From: Cytophagales bacterium
Lineage (GTDB): Bacteria > Bacteroidota > Bacteroidia > Cytophagales > Cyclobacteriaceae
Reading direction: 5' to 3'
Assembly (NCBI GenBank): GCA_038250265.1
Contig: JBBSCN010000001.1
Span: 1 to 63,783, forward strand
DNA: 63,783 nt
The translations under genes and the position numbers were made by a program. The notes beneath the pieces are model-generated. The model searched no databases and was not told the origin of the DNA. It saw nothing but the letters and a program-made list of their open reading frames with translations. Position 1 is the first letter of the stretch. Each line of letters opens with the position of its first letter. Positions 20,901 through 28,813 of the stretch are shown here, piece after piece.

Positions 20901-21317
20901 GCATACGTAAATATCCAGGAAGCCATCGTTGTTAAGATCGGCCATGGCCACACCCGTTTTAAATCCACGCGAAGCCTCCACTCCCGCCTTGGCACTGATG
21001 TCTTCGAAAACAAAATTGCCTTTGTTGAGGTATAATTTGTTGGAAAAGATATTGCTCGAAAAATAAATATCCGCTAGCCCATCATTGTTAATATCGCCTA
21101 CCGCCACGCCTCCACCATTGTAGATATATTTGGTGTTAAAATAGTTGAGTAATTCGTTTTCTTGCAACAGGTTGATGAAATCTATGTTTGTTGTAGAGGA
21201 ATTTAGTTCTGTAAAAAGTGGTGCACCTGCCGCTGGTCTCTGTTTAGTTTCTTTGTTTGCACAAGAAAGTGTGGCCAAACAAAACAGAAGTAAAGAGTAA
21301 TAGATAATTCGTTTCAT
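17955..21317 (-). CDS. VCBS/FG-GAP repeat and ASPIC/UnbV (CRTAC1-like) lipoprotein, paralog
   Basis: Lipobox TLSC; same architecture with RGFLSSVEPRLHFGLG; ATGA overlap with the next gene. Confidence 0.92.
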   Translation of the reverse strand: MKRIIYYSLLLFCLATLSCANKETKQRPAAGAPLFTELNSSTTNIDFINLLQENELLNYFNTKYIYNGGGVAVGDINNDGLADIYFSSNIFSNKLYLNKGNFVFEDISAKAGVEASRGFKTGVAMADLNNDGFLDIYVCRSNHPDSVVRSNLVYINNKDLTFTEQSHQMGLEDQSYSTHVTFLDYDKDGDVDLYLVNHPIDFALAARVRLKVDVNKKLSRKTDPDKPSYSDKLFRNEGNGTFKDVSQQAGIWNSGFGLSASVIDINNDTYPDIYVANDFVEKDFLYVNNKDGSFSEQLDTYFRHFTQNSMGTDIADFNNDGLEDIVAMDMLPEDNFRQKSLTSSMVYERYNTLLGYGYGHQLMRNVLQLNNGDGTFSDIALMAGVGGTDWSWASLFADFDNDGWKDLLITNGIRRDMTNSEYIKFKNDSIESSLKKGESFVSVKNFKQWIENMPSTKIQNYLFQNNKDLTFKNVSSDWGFTAKTFTNGAAYADFDNDGDLDIVMSNLDEKPLLYRNETVQALENHFLKIKLDGPAKNRSGVGAKVMVYAGGEKQLSELKITRGFLSSVEPRLHFGLGKSVAVDSLRVTWPDQRTELMRNVKADQLLEIEYENSSADKRRFKMNTPTPLFTKGEKETQIFFRHQENEFIDFKREPLLPHKFSQLGPFISVADINGDSLDDFYIGGAAFSSGALFIQQPNSTFLKTKQAELEADSVYEDMGAVFFDADNDGDQDLYVVSGGSEFDKGSPNYQDRLYINDGKGIFQRDAKRLPVETGSGSCVRACDFDRDGDLDLFVGGRIVPGRYPEAPRSYVLQNNKGYFKDVTATISPKLANIGLVTDARWADLDKDGFEELVLVGEWMPITLFKNENGKQLSEVTAQYGLTNTRGWWNSIAIADVDGDTDLDIVAGNLGLNSQLKASATEPLTLYAADFDNNKSIEAILCYYNQGKQWPWVRKEILVTQMPSINKKFVKFEKYAASSVEEVFGKDQLDKAVRLEATTLASSIFINEAGKFRQQALPLLAQMSPVNGIIVTDFNHDQITDLLIAGNNFSSSVELGRYDAGNGLLLKGSSDHIFSPVTPVQSGLSATGDVKDIALLKLANGKTALLVANNNDLLQVFILGK

Positions 21318-21414
21318 TCTTTCGTTGAAGGTTTTTAGTAAGTTGATCTTTTTAATTATTTTTCTGCTCAGCTCAATGTTATTATGTTACGCGTTTGGCA
21401 TGCTTGCCCTCTAG

Positions 21415-21487
21415 AACCTCACCCCCTGCCGTCCACCAATGAATTCGGCCAAAACCTCACCCCTTCCCCTCTCTCGAGGAGAGGGTG
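21415..21487. repeat. REP-like palindromic repeat (AACCTCACCCC twice plus CCCTCTC/GAGAGGG hairpin)
   Basis: Direct repeat at 21415 and 21453; hairpin 21467-21485; related copy at 61081-61137. Confidence 0.55.
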
Positions 21488-21657
21488 ACTGTACTTATTG
21501 GATTTGTAAGACTTCTAAAGTTTATCTCCTTTTTTTAAAATCGTGTTTAACATTCTGTCCACGGAGGAGACTATACCTAAGCTTATCATTTTTATAATGT
21601 TCGTCCAGTATCGTAGTAAGTACCACGCTCTCTATGTACCGTTATGGTTAACCATTT

Positions 21658-22986
21658 TCATTTTCTTGTCTTTACTTTGTTCAACACCCATTGCCCTACC
21701 GCTTTGCCTTGTGCGATACCATTTTCAACCGCGGGTCTGTAATGGATGCCTCCATACAATCGGCTAATGGCGGCTTGGTCGGAAGCTTGGGCAAATGACT
21801 TGAATGACCTTGGCGGCAGGCCATAGGCTACTTCTACCGAATCTATGTAAGCAAAATTATCTCCATACAAATAAGTGAGCACTTGTGCCGATGAAGCCGA
21901 AATTACACTGTGGCCGCTTGTATACTCGGGAAAGGGTGGCGTAGATAAAAATGGCTTCCAATTTGTATCGATATAGCTGTTGATGTAGGTCTCTGGCCGG
22001 ATCAATTCACTTTTATATTTTTCATCCCAACAGCTAATAAATCCTTCGAAGAGCGCAATTGATACTAACGCGTAGGCTTCGGCAGATTTTGATAAGCTAG
22101 CGTTGGCCGTGCGCGAGGCCGTGCGGGCAATGCCAATCCAATGTGCGCCCGGGCTTATCTTCTTTATCCCCACCATCACGTGCCCTTCGTGCAGGGTGGC
22201 AAAAGGATTGCAATCCCAAAAATTGGCAGCCGCTATTTGATCCTCTGATAAGTTTTTTGAAGCCTCAACAACTTCTTGAGCCAGTGCATAAAACTCGCTT
22301 TGCTTATCCATCGAAAAAATGGGGGCTTTAGGCGGGGCAAATTGACTGGCAGAATCTAATGTAAAAGGCCTTATTTTTCGCCAGTTAGGCTCTATTGCAT
22401 CCATGTAATCAGGCGGAGTAGGCGACCATTTCCCAGTTTGCTTTTTTACCGTGTACCGAGACATTGTTCGCGTTTCCTCATAATTATCCATTTTTGAATA
22501 AGCAATCACATGATTAGCCACCTCTTCACCATATTTTACTGAAGCGGATAAACTTTCATCGGTCATTCCCTTCAATTTCACTTCTTCCAACATCGTAGCT
22601 TGAAAATCTGAAATCAAAGGCTCTGAATAAATGAATGCTTTGCACGTTTGCAGGTAGGCGACTGCCGCTGCCAATCCCACGTTGATGGCTTTGTCAGTTG
22701 GAACTAGTGGCTTTCGAAACCCGCTTATCTTGCCGCCCAATGTTTGCAGTGTAGTGTCCTCATTCACAACTACTTCATAGGCAGCCAATGATGAATAGGC
22801 ATAAATACGGCTAGCCACGGGCGGGGTGAAAATATCATTCACTAGCACATTTTCAAGCGCCAAGGTGGCTTCATGTAACAACTCCGGATCAGAAAGTCGC
22901 GCTTGCGTTACTTTATTGTTGATTGTTCCGCACCCAATAAGGCACATTGATGAAACAATGAGAAATGAAAACGAACGTATTTGCAT
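21658..22986 (-). CDS. Vanadium-dependent haloperoxidase / PAP2 superfamily lipoprotein
   Basis: KY....IRPE, PPFPEYTSGHS and AISRLYGGIHY vanadate/phosphate-binding motifs; lipobox LIGC with start MQIRSF at 22986. Confidence 0.88.
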   Translation of the reverse strand: MQIRSFSFLIVSSMCLIGCGTINNKVTQARLSDPELLHEATLALENVLVNDIFTPPVASRIYAYSSLAAYEVVVNEDTTLQTLGGKISGFRKPLVPTDKAINVGLAAAVAYLQTCKAFIYSEPLISDFQATMLEEVKLKGMTDESLSASVKYGEEVANHVIAYSKMDNYEETRTMSRYTVKKQTGKWSPTPPDYMDAIEPNWRKIRPFTLDSASQFAPPKAPIFSMDKQSEFYALAQEVVEASKNLSEDQIAAANFWDCNPFATLHEGHVMVGIKKISPGAHWIGIARTASRTANASLSKSAEAYALVSIALFEGFISCWDEKYKSELIRPETYINSYIDTNWKPFLSTPPFPEYTSGHSVISASSAQVLTYLYGDNFAYIDSVEVAYGLPPRSFKSFAQASDQAAISRLYGGIHYRPAVENGIAQGKAVGQWVLNKVKTRK

Positions 22987-23131
22987 GTGATATTTAAATG
23001 TAGTTAAAAGTAGCTTTAATAGGCCAAAGCCGCGCAATAGGCGAACCCATTTAGTGCTACGTATGCGTATAAAACTGACTTTAGGCTTTAAAACCAAAAT
23101 ATTTTAGCTAACGATTGCGGGAATTCGTTGT

Positions 23132-23139
23132 TACTTTTG
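23132..23139 (+). promoter_or_regulatory. -7 promoter element (TACTTTTG)
   Basis: TAnnTTTG about 25 nt upstream of 23163. Confidence 0.6.
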
Positions 23140-23162
23140 AAACAAGTTAAACGTAAAAAACT

Positions 23163-24425
23163 ATGAAAATGAAGTTATTCTCTCGCTTATCCAGCGTATT
23201 GTTAGTGGTGGGACTAATAGTACTTTATAGCTGTAAAAAGGACGAAGTTCCTGTTTTTGATGTCCCTACCATTGCAGTGGTCGCGGATAATTCATCTCCC
23301 TTCCCTGGTGAAAAAGTTGTTTTTACCATCAACGTAACTGCACTGGGAAACTTGAAAGAAGTTTCTTTAAATGGAGCGGTGATAAAGTCTTATACGACCG
23401 ATTTGACGCAAGATAACTTTACGTATGAATATACCGTGGCCGCAAATCAATCACTTGGCCCCGCTGTTCTTACTTTTGGCGTTACTGACAAACAAGCTAC
23501 GCCAAAGGTTGGAGCTACACCAGCTACGATAACGATCCAAAATCCTGATTTCAGAGGAAACCCCAAGGTGCTTTTTAATTTCCAAGCGGCTACTCCAAAT
23601 ACTTCAGTAACAGCTATTACACGAGATATTGGCGGACAATCTTGGGAAAATGCATACGACATTTTTCAAGACATTGCAGACCCAACCCCAGCTAACGTTG
23701 GCAATAAAGTTCTTCAAGTAGATAGAAAAGGTGCCCACGAATGGTTTTTCCAAGGAGGTGGATCTGTGTATTTTGAATTTGCCTCTAGGTTAAGTGAAAC
23801 TGACATGCAGGGGTTGGTAGCTGGTACACGAGTTATTCAAATGAATGTTTACTTTAAGCAAGTTCCTAAAACGGCAACCGTGCGCGGAGTTGTAAATGGT
23901 CCTGATTTACCAAATACAGATCTTTCGTGGAAGATTGCGGATGCCAGAAGAGCTTGGAGCTTTGATTTGCAGGATAGTGCAAAGGCAATTCCAATATCTT
24001 TAGAAATAGGTAATAAAGCAAAATGGGATTTCAATAATGGTGCGCCCCTTGGAAAGAAGTTTTACTTAACGGGTTCAGTGTCTGCTGCTAACCAATGGCA
24101 AACGGTAACTTTTAGTAGAAGAGGTTCAAGAACTACCACAACGGGAAGAATAGTTACGGACAAACCAATCCTGCAAAGTTCTACTGCTTTAGCTTTTACT
24201 GATGATGCAACCGTTGGGCTCGACCAAATTGACTACATCGCGGCAATATTTAACAATAGAGTGACAGGCTTTCCAAATCCCAGTGGATTTCTAGAGTTGC
24301 CTGGCGATGGAAATGGTTGGTCTGATACAGTAGTTGCTTCCATAAGTGACGATCATAATACCTACTTCGTAGATAATATCAGGATCATTGATGCGAAGGA
24401 TTATAACAAAAATCCGAATAAATAA
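23163..24425 (+). CDS. Hypothetical surface lipoprotein (Ig-like N-terminus, possible CBM-like beta-sandwich)
   Basis: Lipobox LYSC-KKD; beta-rich sequence; C-terminal YFVDNIRI strand typical of CBM-like folds. Confidence 0.75.
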   Translation: MKMKLFSRLSSVLLVVGLIVLYSCKKDEVPVFDVPTIAVVADNSSPFPGEKVVFTINVTALGNLKEVSLNGAVIKSYTTDLTQDNFTYEYTVAANQSLGPAVLTFGVTDKQATPKVGATPATITIQNPDFRGNPKVLFNFQAATPNTSVTAITRDIGGQSWENAYDIFQDIADPTPANVGNKVLQVDRKGAHEWFFQGGGSVYFEFASRLSETDMQGLVAGTRVIQMNVYFKQVPKTATVRGVVNGPDLPNTDLSWKIADARRAWSFDLQDSAKAIPISLEIGNKAKWDFNNGAPLGKKFYLTGSVSAANQWQTVTFSRRGSRTTTTGRIVTDKPILQSSTALAFTDDATVGLDQIDYIAAIFNNRVTGFPNPSGFLELPGDGNGWSDTVVASISDDHNTYFVDNIRIIDAKDYNKNPNK

Positions 24426-24503
24426 AGGTAGTTGATTGGGCTGGTACTCAGGCCGAGTATAGTTGAGTACACTTTTAGGTTATTTGAAGTTTAGGTGAAT
24501 GAG

Positions 24504-24546
24504 TAAACCCCTCGTGGCGAATAGCGCGAGGGGTTTATTGTTTTTA
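24504..24546 (+). terminator. Intrinsic terminator
   Basis: TAAACCCCTCG/CGAGGGGTTTA stem followed by TTGTTTTT. Confidence 0.75.
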
Positions 24547-24599
24547 CTAACAGTTTTGTGTGTTGTCTTTTTGCTTTGTACCTTGTTATCAATAAATCG

Positions 24600-26696
24600 A
24601 TGATAAAATTAATTTGCCTTTCCCTTCTTTTATTTCTTGGCTTCCTTGTCAATGCACAGCCTATTCCTGTCACCATCACTACTACTGCCAACGGCCATGT
24701 GATGATGCGCAATGGGTCGCCTTACTTTATTAAAGGAGCCGGGGGAGATGCTTTTCCTGATAGGTTGAAAGAATATGGCGGCAATTCCATTCGCACGTGG
24801 GGTACAGACGCCAGCACCATTACCATGCTTGATCAAGCTCATCAACTTGGGCTTACCGTGATGATGGGCTTGTGGGTAGGCCATCAAGAACATGGCTTTG
24901 ATTACAATAATACCATCGCTGTAAGAGATCAACTAGAGGCTTTTAGATTATGGGTACGCCAATACAAAGATCACCCCGCTGTGTTGGCATGGGGGATAGG
25001 CAATGAAGTAGAACTCAATGTCAGCTCAGCTTCGTTTAATAAAAAGGCATGGGATGCCATCAATGAAATAGCCGTGATGATTCATGCTGAAGATGGCAAC
25101 CACCCCACGCTCACAATAACGGCAGGAATTGATGTAGGCAAAGCAAAAGATATTATGCAACGCGCACCAGCGCTCGACCTGATTGGGGTGAATGCCTATG
25201 CAGGAATAGGAGGTGTGGCAGGTACGTTAGCAACAGCAGGCTGGCAAAAACCGCATGTGATTACGGAGTGGGGACCAAATGGCCCATGGGAGGTTAGCAA
25301 AACAACGTGGGGGGCAGAACTTGAACAAACCAGTACAGAGAAAGCTGCTCTTTACAAATCACGATACGAAAGTGCCATCTTAGGAAATCCTGAAAAATGC
25401 CTTGGCTCTTATGTTTTTCTTTGGGCAGATAAAGTGGAAGGAACGCCTACTTGGTTTGGCCTTTTTATGCCCACCACAGCGGGTGAAGAAACTGAAGTAG
25501 TAGATGTGATGAATTATCTTTGGTCAGGCGCGTGGCCTGCAAACCGAGCGCCCAAAATTGTTTCAGCAAAAATAAATACTAGAAGTGCGAGCCAAAGCCC
25601 CGTTCTTATAAATGACGTTGGCAATATTGCCACGATTGAAGTGACCGATGCTGAAAACGACCCGCTGACGTATGAGTTTTTGTTTAGGCCCGAAACAGGA
25701 ACGGCAGGTACTACCAATTCGCCACCCGCGACTATCACTTACTTGCCCGGGCTCATCGTTCAGCAGAATTCAACCACTATTACCTTTCGTGCGCCAGCTA
25801 ATCTTCAAAACTATAGACTCTATGTTTTTGTGCGTGATAATCATAATAATGTAGCTACTGCTAATATTCCGTTTCGAGTGGCTCTTGAGCCGTTGGTCAG
25901 CACTGATCCCACTACGATCTATGCAACAATGGATGCGTATGTCCGTGCGGGTACCAATGCTGATGAAAGGTATGGTGTCACAGATATCCAGCGTTTGCTT
26001 ACTCGGTTAGATCCTTCTAACGAAAGTAATGTTAGGGAATCCTATGTAGGATTTGATGTAAGCTCAATTAATAAAGGAATTGACAAAGTTTTGTTAAAAA
26101 TAGTGGGTGGCGGTACGCCCGGAGTAAAAACTTCTGTGCTAGGGCTTAGAAACAAAACCTGGAGCGAGAATCAAATCACCTGGACAAATAAGCCGATTAC
26201 CACAACGCAAGAGCTAAAAGCATTAGACACGATTACTATTGGCAACAATATCGGGTACTATGAGTGGAATGTTACAAGTTTTGTAAATCAGGCTCGCTTC
26301 GAAAAGGAAGGATTTGTTACTTTTTTGATTCGCAATATCACGCCTTCTGATAATCCAACCAACTGGCAATCGCGCGAAACACGACCTAGCCCGCCTGCAT
26401 TAGCTTTTACTTTAAATGATGGCAACATTGTTACCAGCCTAGAAGATGAAACTCTCTATGGCACTCATATTTATCCCAACCCTTTTTCTAACTCTTTCTT
26501 TGTTAATGCGCTTACCTCAGACCCTATAAAACAGACTTCTGTTTATTCGTTAGCCGGCCAACTGCTACACTCAAAAGAAATCAACTCCACTACTACTGAG
26601 ATAATTTTAGGAAACGATTTATTGGCGGGCCTTTATCTATTGCAAATTCAATGGAGTAATAAAGGAGTGACATATCATAAACTTATTAAAGAATAA
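24600..26696 (+). CDS. Clan GH-A glycoside hydrolase (GH2 TIM-barrel-like) with DNRLRE/CBM96 module and T9SS type A CTD
   Basis: GGNSIRTW, KDHPAVLAWGIGNE (acid/base), ITEWG (nucleophile); DAYVR..RESYVGFD..WSE..ITW.NKP; IYPNP...GLYLL..KLIKE; start MIKLICL at 24600. Confidence 0.85.
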   Translation: MIKLICLSLLLFLGFLVNAQPIPVTITTTANGHVMMRNGSPYFIKGAGGDAFPDRLKEYGGNSIRTWGTDASTITMLDQAHQLGLTVMMGLWVGHQEHGFDYNNTIAVRDQLEAFRLWVRQYKDHPAVLAWGIGNEVELNVSSASFNKKAWDAINEIAVMIHAEDGNHPTLTITAGIDVGKAKDIMQRAPALDLIGVNAYAGIGGVAGTLATAGWQKPHVITEWGPNGPWEVSKTTWGAELEQTSTEKAALYKSRYESAILGNPEKCLGSYVFLWADKVEGTPTWFGLFMPTTAGEETEVVDVMNYLWSGAWPANRAPKIVSAKINTRSASQSPVLINDVGNIATIEVTDAENDPLTYEFLFRPETGTAGTTNSPPATITYLPGLIVQQNSTTITFRAPANLQNYRLYVFVRDNHNNVATANIPFRVALEPLVSTDPTTIYATMDAYVRAGTNADERYGVTDIQRLLTRLDPSNESNVRESYVGFDVSSINKGIDKVLLKIVGGGTPGVKTSVLGLRNKTWSENQITWTNKPITTTQELKALDTITIGNNIGYYEWNVTSFVNQARFEKEGFVTFLIRNITPSDNPTNWQSRETRPSPPALAFTLNDGNIVTSLEDETLYGTHIYPNPFSNSFFVNALTSDPIKQTSVYSLAGQLLHSKEINSTTTEIILGNDLLAGLYLLQIQWSNKGVTYHKLIKE

Positions 26697-26890
26697 GACA
26701 CAGCCGGTGTCAATGTCGTTTAGCCAAGCACTACTTCTCGTTGAAAACCCCCAATTCTTAGCGGGGTTTCCGCCTCGGGATCGCGCTTTATCATGATCGG
26801 GTTTCAAATAACGGAAGAGTTCCCGAAACGCGGGACTCTTGGGGAGAAGTGAAAAGGGAGACGCTGCGGGAAGGCAGTGTGGTAAAAAAC

Positions 26891-28339
26891 CTAACTCGCC
26901 AATTTAAAAAGAATAAAGAAAGTGGTTCCCTTCCCCAATTCGCTGACAACCTGTACCTCGGCATTGTGGCTGTTGAGAATATTCTTTGAGGACGTGAGCC
27001 CTAACCCCATGCCGGTTGGCTTCGCGGTAAAAAATGGTTCAAATAGTTTTTCCATTTCCTCGGGCGAAATACCTTTTCCATTATCAGCAATAGCAATAGT
27101 GATAAGGCTATCTTTTTCCGAGGCTGTAACACTCAATATTCCGGTGCCGTCCGCCACGGCTTCAACGGCATTGATCAGAATATTTAGCAACGCAATCTTT
27201 ATTTTCTCTTTGTCAATTAAAATCCGCGAAAGGTTTTTCTCACAATTCTGATAGAGTTTAATTCCTTTTAGCCGAATGCGATCCAAGGCCATACCTATCG
27301 TCTCTTCCAGCAAATCATCGACAGCTACCAAAGCTAGGTCAAGTTCTCTGGGCCGAGAAGAGTTGAGCATGTCGCCAATGAGCTGCTCAATACGATGGGC
27401 ATTGCGGTGAATGATGTCGGTATATAGTTGCACAGCTTCGCTGCCAGGTGCAAGCTCATCCTTCAATTGTTCTAAAGCGAGATTAAGATTTGTAAGTGGA
27501 TTTCTTACCTCATGGGCAACCATGCGAGCCATCTTTCCAGCTATCGAATACTGCTCCGTCTCTATCAATTTTTTTTCTGTTTTTTTTCTCAAGGTAATGT
27601 CATGTATAATACCTTGGTAGCAGCAAAAATCAGAAGACTGATCGGGAATGAATACGCAGTTGAGCAAACACCATTTTTTTTGACCGTGTTTATTGACAAG
27701 CAATACTTCAAACTCTTTGATTTGCTCAGTTTCTTTTAAAGTATCTCGAAAATAATCGTAGTCTGCTTCCGCTGCAAATATTTCTTTAATAGTAAGCTGC
27801 TGGTCATCTTCTAATCGATGTCCAAAAAAATGATGGAAGGATCGATTTAGATCAATTAACGTGAAGTCATACCGAGCTAAAAAAATAGGATCAATAGAAC
27901 GCTCAAATAACGAACTGTATTTCTTTTCTTTCTCATCTAACTTCCGAATGATTTTCGATTGAGACACAGCATAGCGAATGCTTCTTTCCAACAGGGCGGA
28001 GTTCAATTCATTTTTTATCAAATAATCAGCTGCCCCGAAGCGACTGGCATCCAAATCAACTTTCAAATCGCCTTGGCCAGTGAGTAGAATGGAAGGTCTT
28101 AACACTTTATTACTGGTGGCGTATTTGATAAGCTCCAATCCGCTTATGCTTCCCAGTCGGTAATCGATCAAAAATACATCAAAGTCTCCATGCACCATTT
28201 TCTCCTGTGCTTGAGTGGGGTCTGGCTCCCAGGTTACATCAAATTGAAATGATTCGCTTTGCGACAGATACTCGCGGGCAAGCCTTACATCATCTTCATC
28301 ATCATCTACAATCAACACTTTTATGATCATCCCTTTCAT
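26891..28339 (-). CDS. Hybrid receiver-PAS-histidine kinase
   Basis: REC (LIVDDD, IDYRLG), PAS, H-box HEVRNPL, N box, DNGKG, GMGLGL. Confidence 0.93.
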   Translation of the reverse strand: MKGMIIKVLIVDDDEDDVRLAREYLSQSESFQFDVTWEPDPTQAQEKMVHGDFDVFLIDYRLGSISGLELIKYATSNKVLRPSILLTGQGDLKVDLDASRFGAADYLIKNELNSALLERSIRYAVSQSKIIRKLDEKEKKYSSLFERSIDPIFLARYDFTLIDLNRSFHHFFGHRLEDDQQLTIKEIFAAEADYDYFRDTLKETEQIKEFEVLLVNKHGQKKWCLLNCVFIPDQSSDFCCYQGIIHDITLRKKTEKKLIETEQYSIAGKMARMVAHEVRNPLTNLNLALEQLKDELAPGSEAVQLYTDIIHRNAHRIEQLIGDMLNSSRPRELDLALVAVDDLLEETIGMALDRIRLKGIKLYQNCEKNLSRILIDKEKIKIALLNILINAVEAVADGTGILSVTASEKDSLITIAIADNGKGISPEEMEKLFEPFFTAKPTGMGLGLTSSKNILNSHNAEVQVVSELGKGTTFFILFKLAS

Positions 28340-28342
28340 ATC

Positions 28343-28776
28343 TTATTTTGGTGAAAGCACCACTATTCCAAACCAATAATTTCCAATCTCGCGGGTTACC
28401 TCAACTAAATCTTGAAAGCTGGTTGGCTTACAAATAAAGGAGTTCACACCTAAATCGTAGGTTTGAAAAATATCTTCTTCTGCTTGAGAAGCAGTTAAAA
28501 CGACTACCGGTATTCGCCTCAATTCTTTATTAGATTTCATCTGTCGTAATATCTCTCTTCCATCCATTTTGGGGATGTTAATATCCAGCAGAATAAGCCC
28601 TGGCTTAATTAGTTTATTCAATGCATACTTGGCCCGTTGCAAAAGGTAGTCCATCAGCTCAACTCCGTTCTCAATAAATTCAATTTTGTCGGACAACTTA
28701 TTTTCGGCCAATGCTTGTTTCATCAAAAAGCGGTCATCCGGTCGTCATCGGCCATTAGGATTGTGAGTGGATTCAA
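28343..28776 (-). pseudogene. Rcp1-like single-domain response regulator with a 1-nt frameshift near 28740 (pseudogene or sequence error)
   Basis: Upstream frame reads LNPLTILMADDD and the downstream frame DDRFLMKQAL...LILLDINIPKMDG. The sequence GACGACCGGATGACCGC is one C short of D-D-P-D-D-R. Confidence 0.85.
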
Positions 28777-28813
28777 CTTCTTTTTCAGTGTTTTGTAGCA
28801 TCTGGCACCTAGG

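Noticed and set aside
14671-21317. ASPIC/UnbV proteins as a sign of an enediyne or other biosynthetic cluster
   Set aside because: No PKS, NRPS or tailoring genes nearby; the context is SusC/D
21543-21767. 74-aa plus-strand ORF and the 340-bp gap between the VHPO and VCBS genes as a hidden gene
   Set aside because: Overlaps the VHPO 3' end antisense; no convincing frame on either strand
26850-26880. AAAAGGGA...CGGGAAGG resembles parts of a cobalamin riboswitch; the wider region was also considered as 6S or HEARO RNA
   Set aside because: Core conserved elements are missing and it lies between two gene 3' ends; kept only as an unassigned structured element
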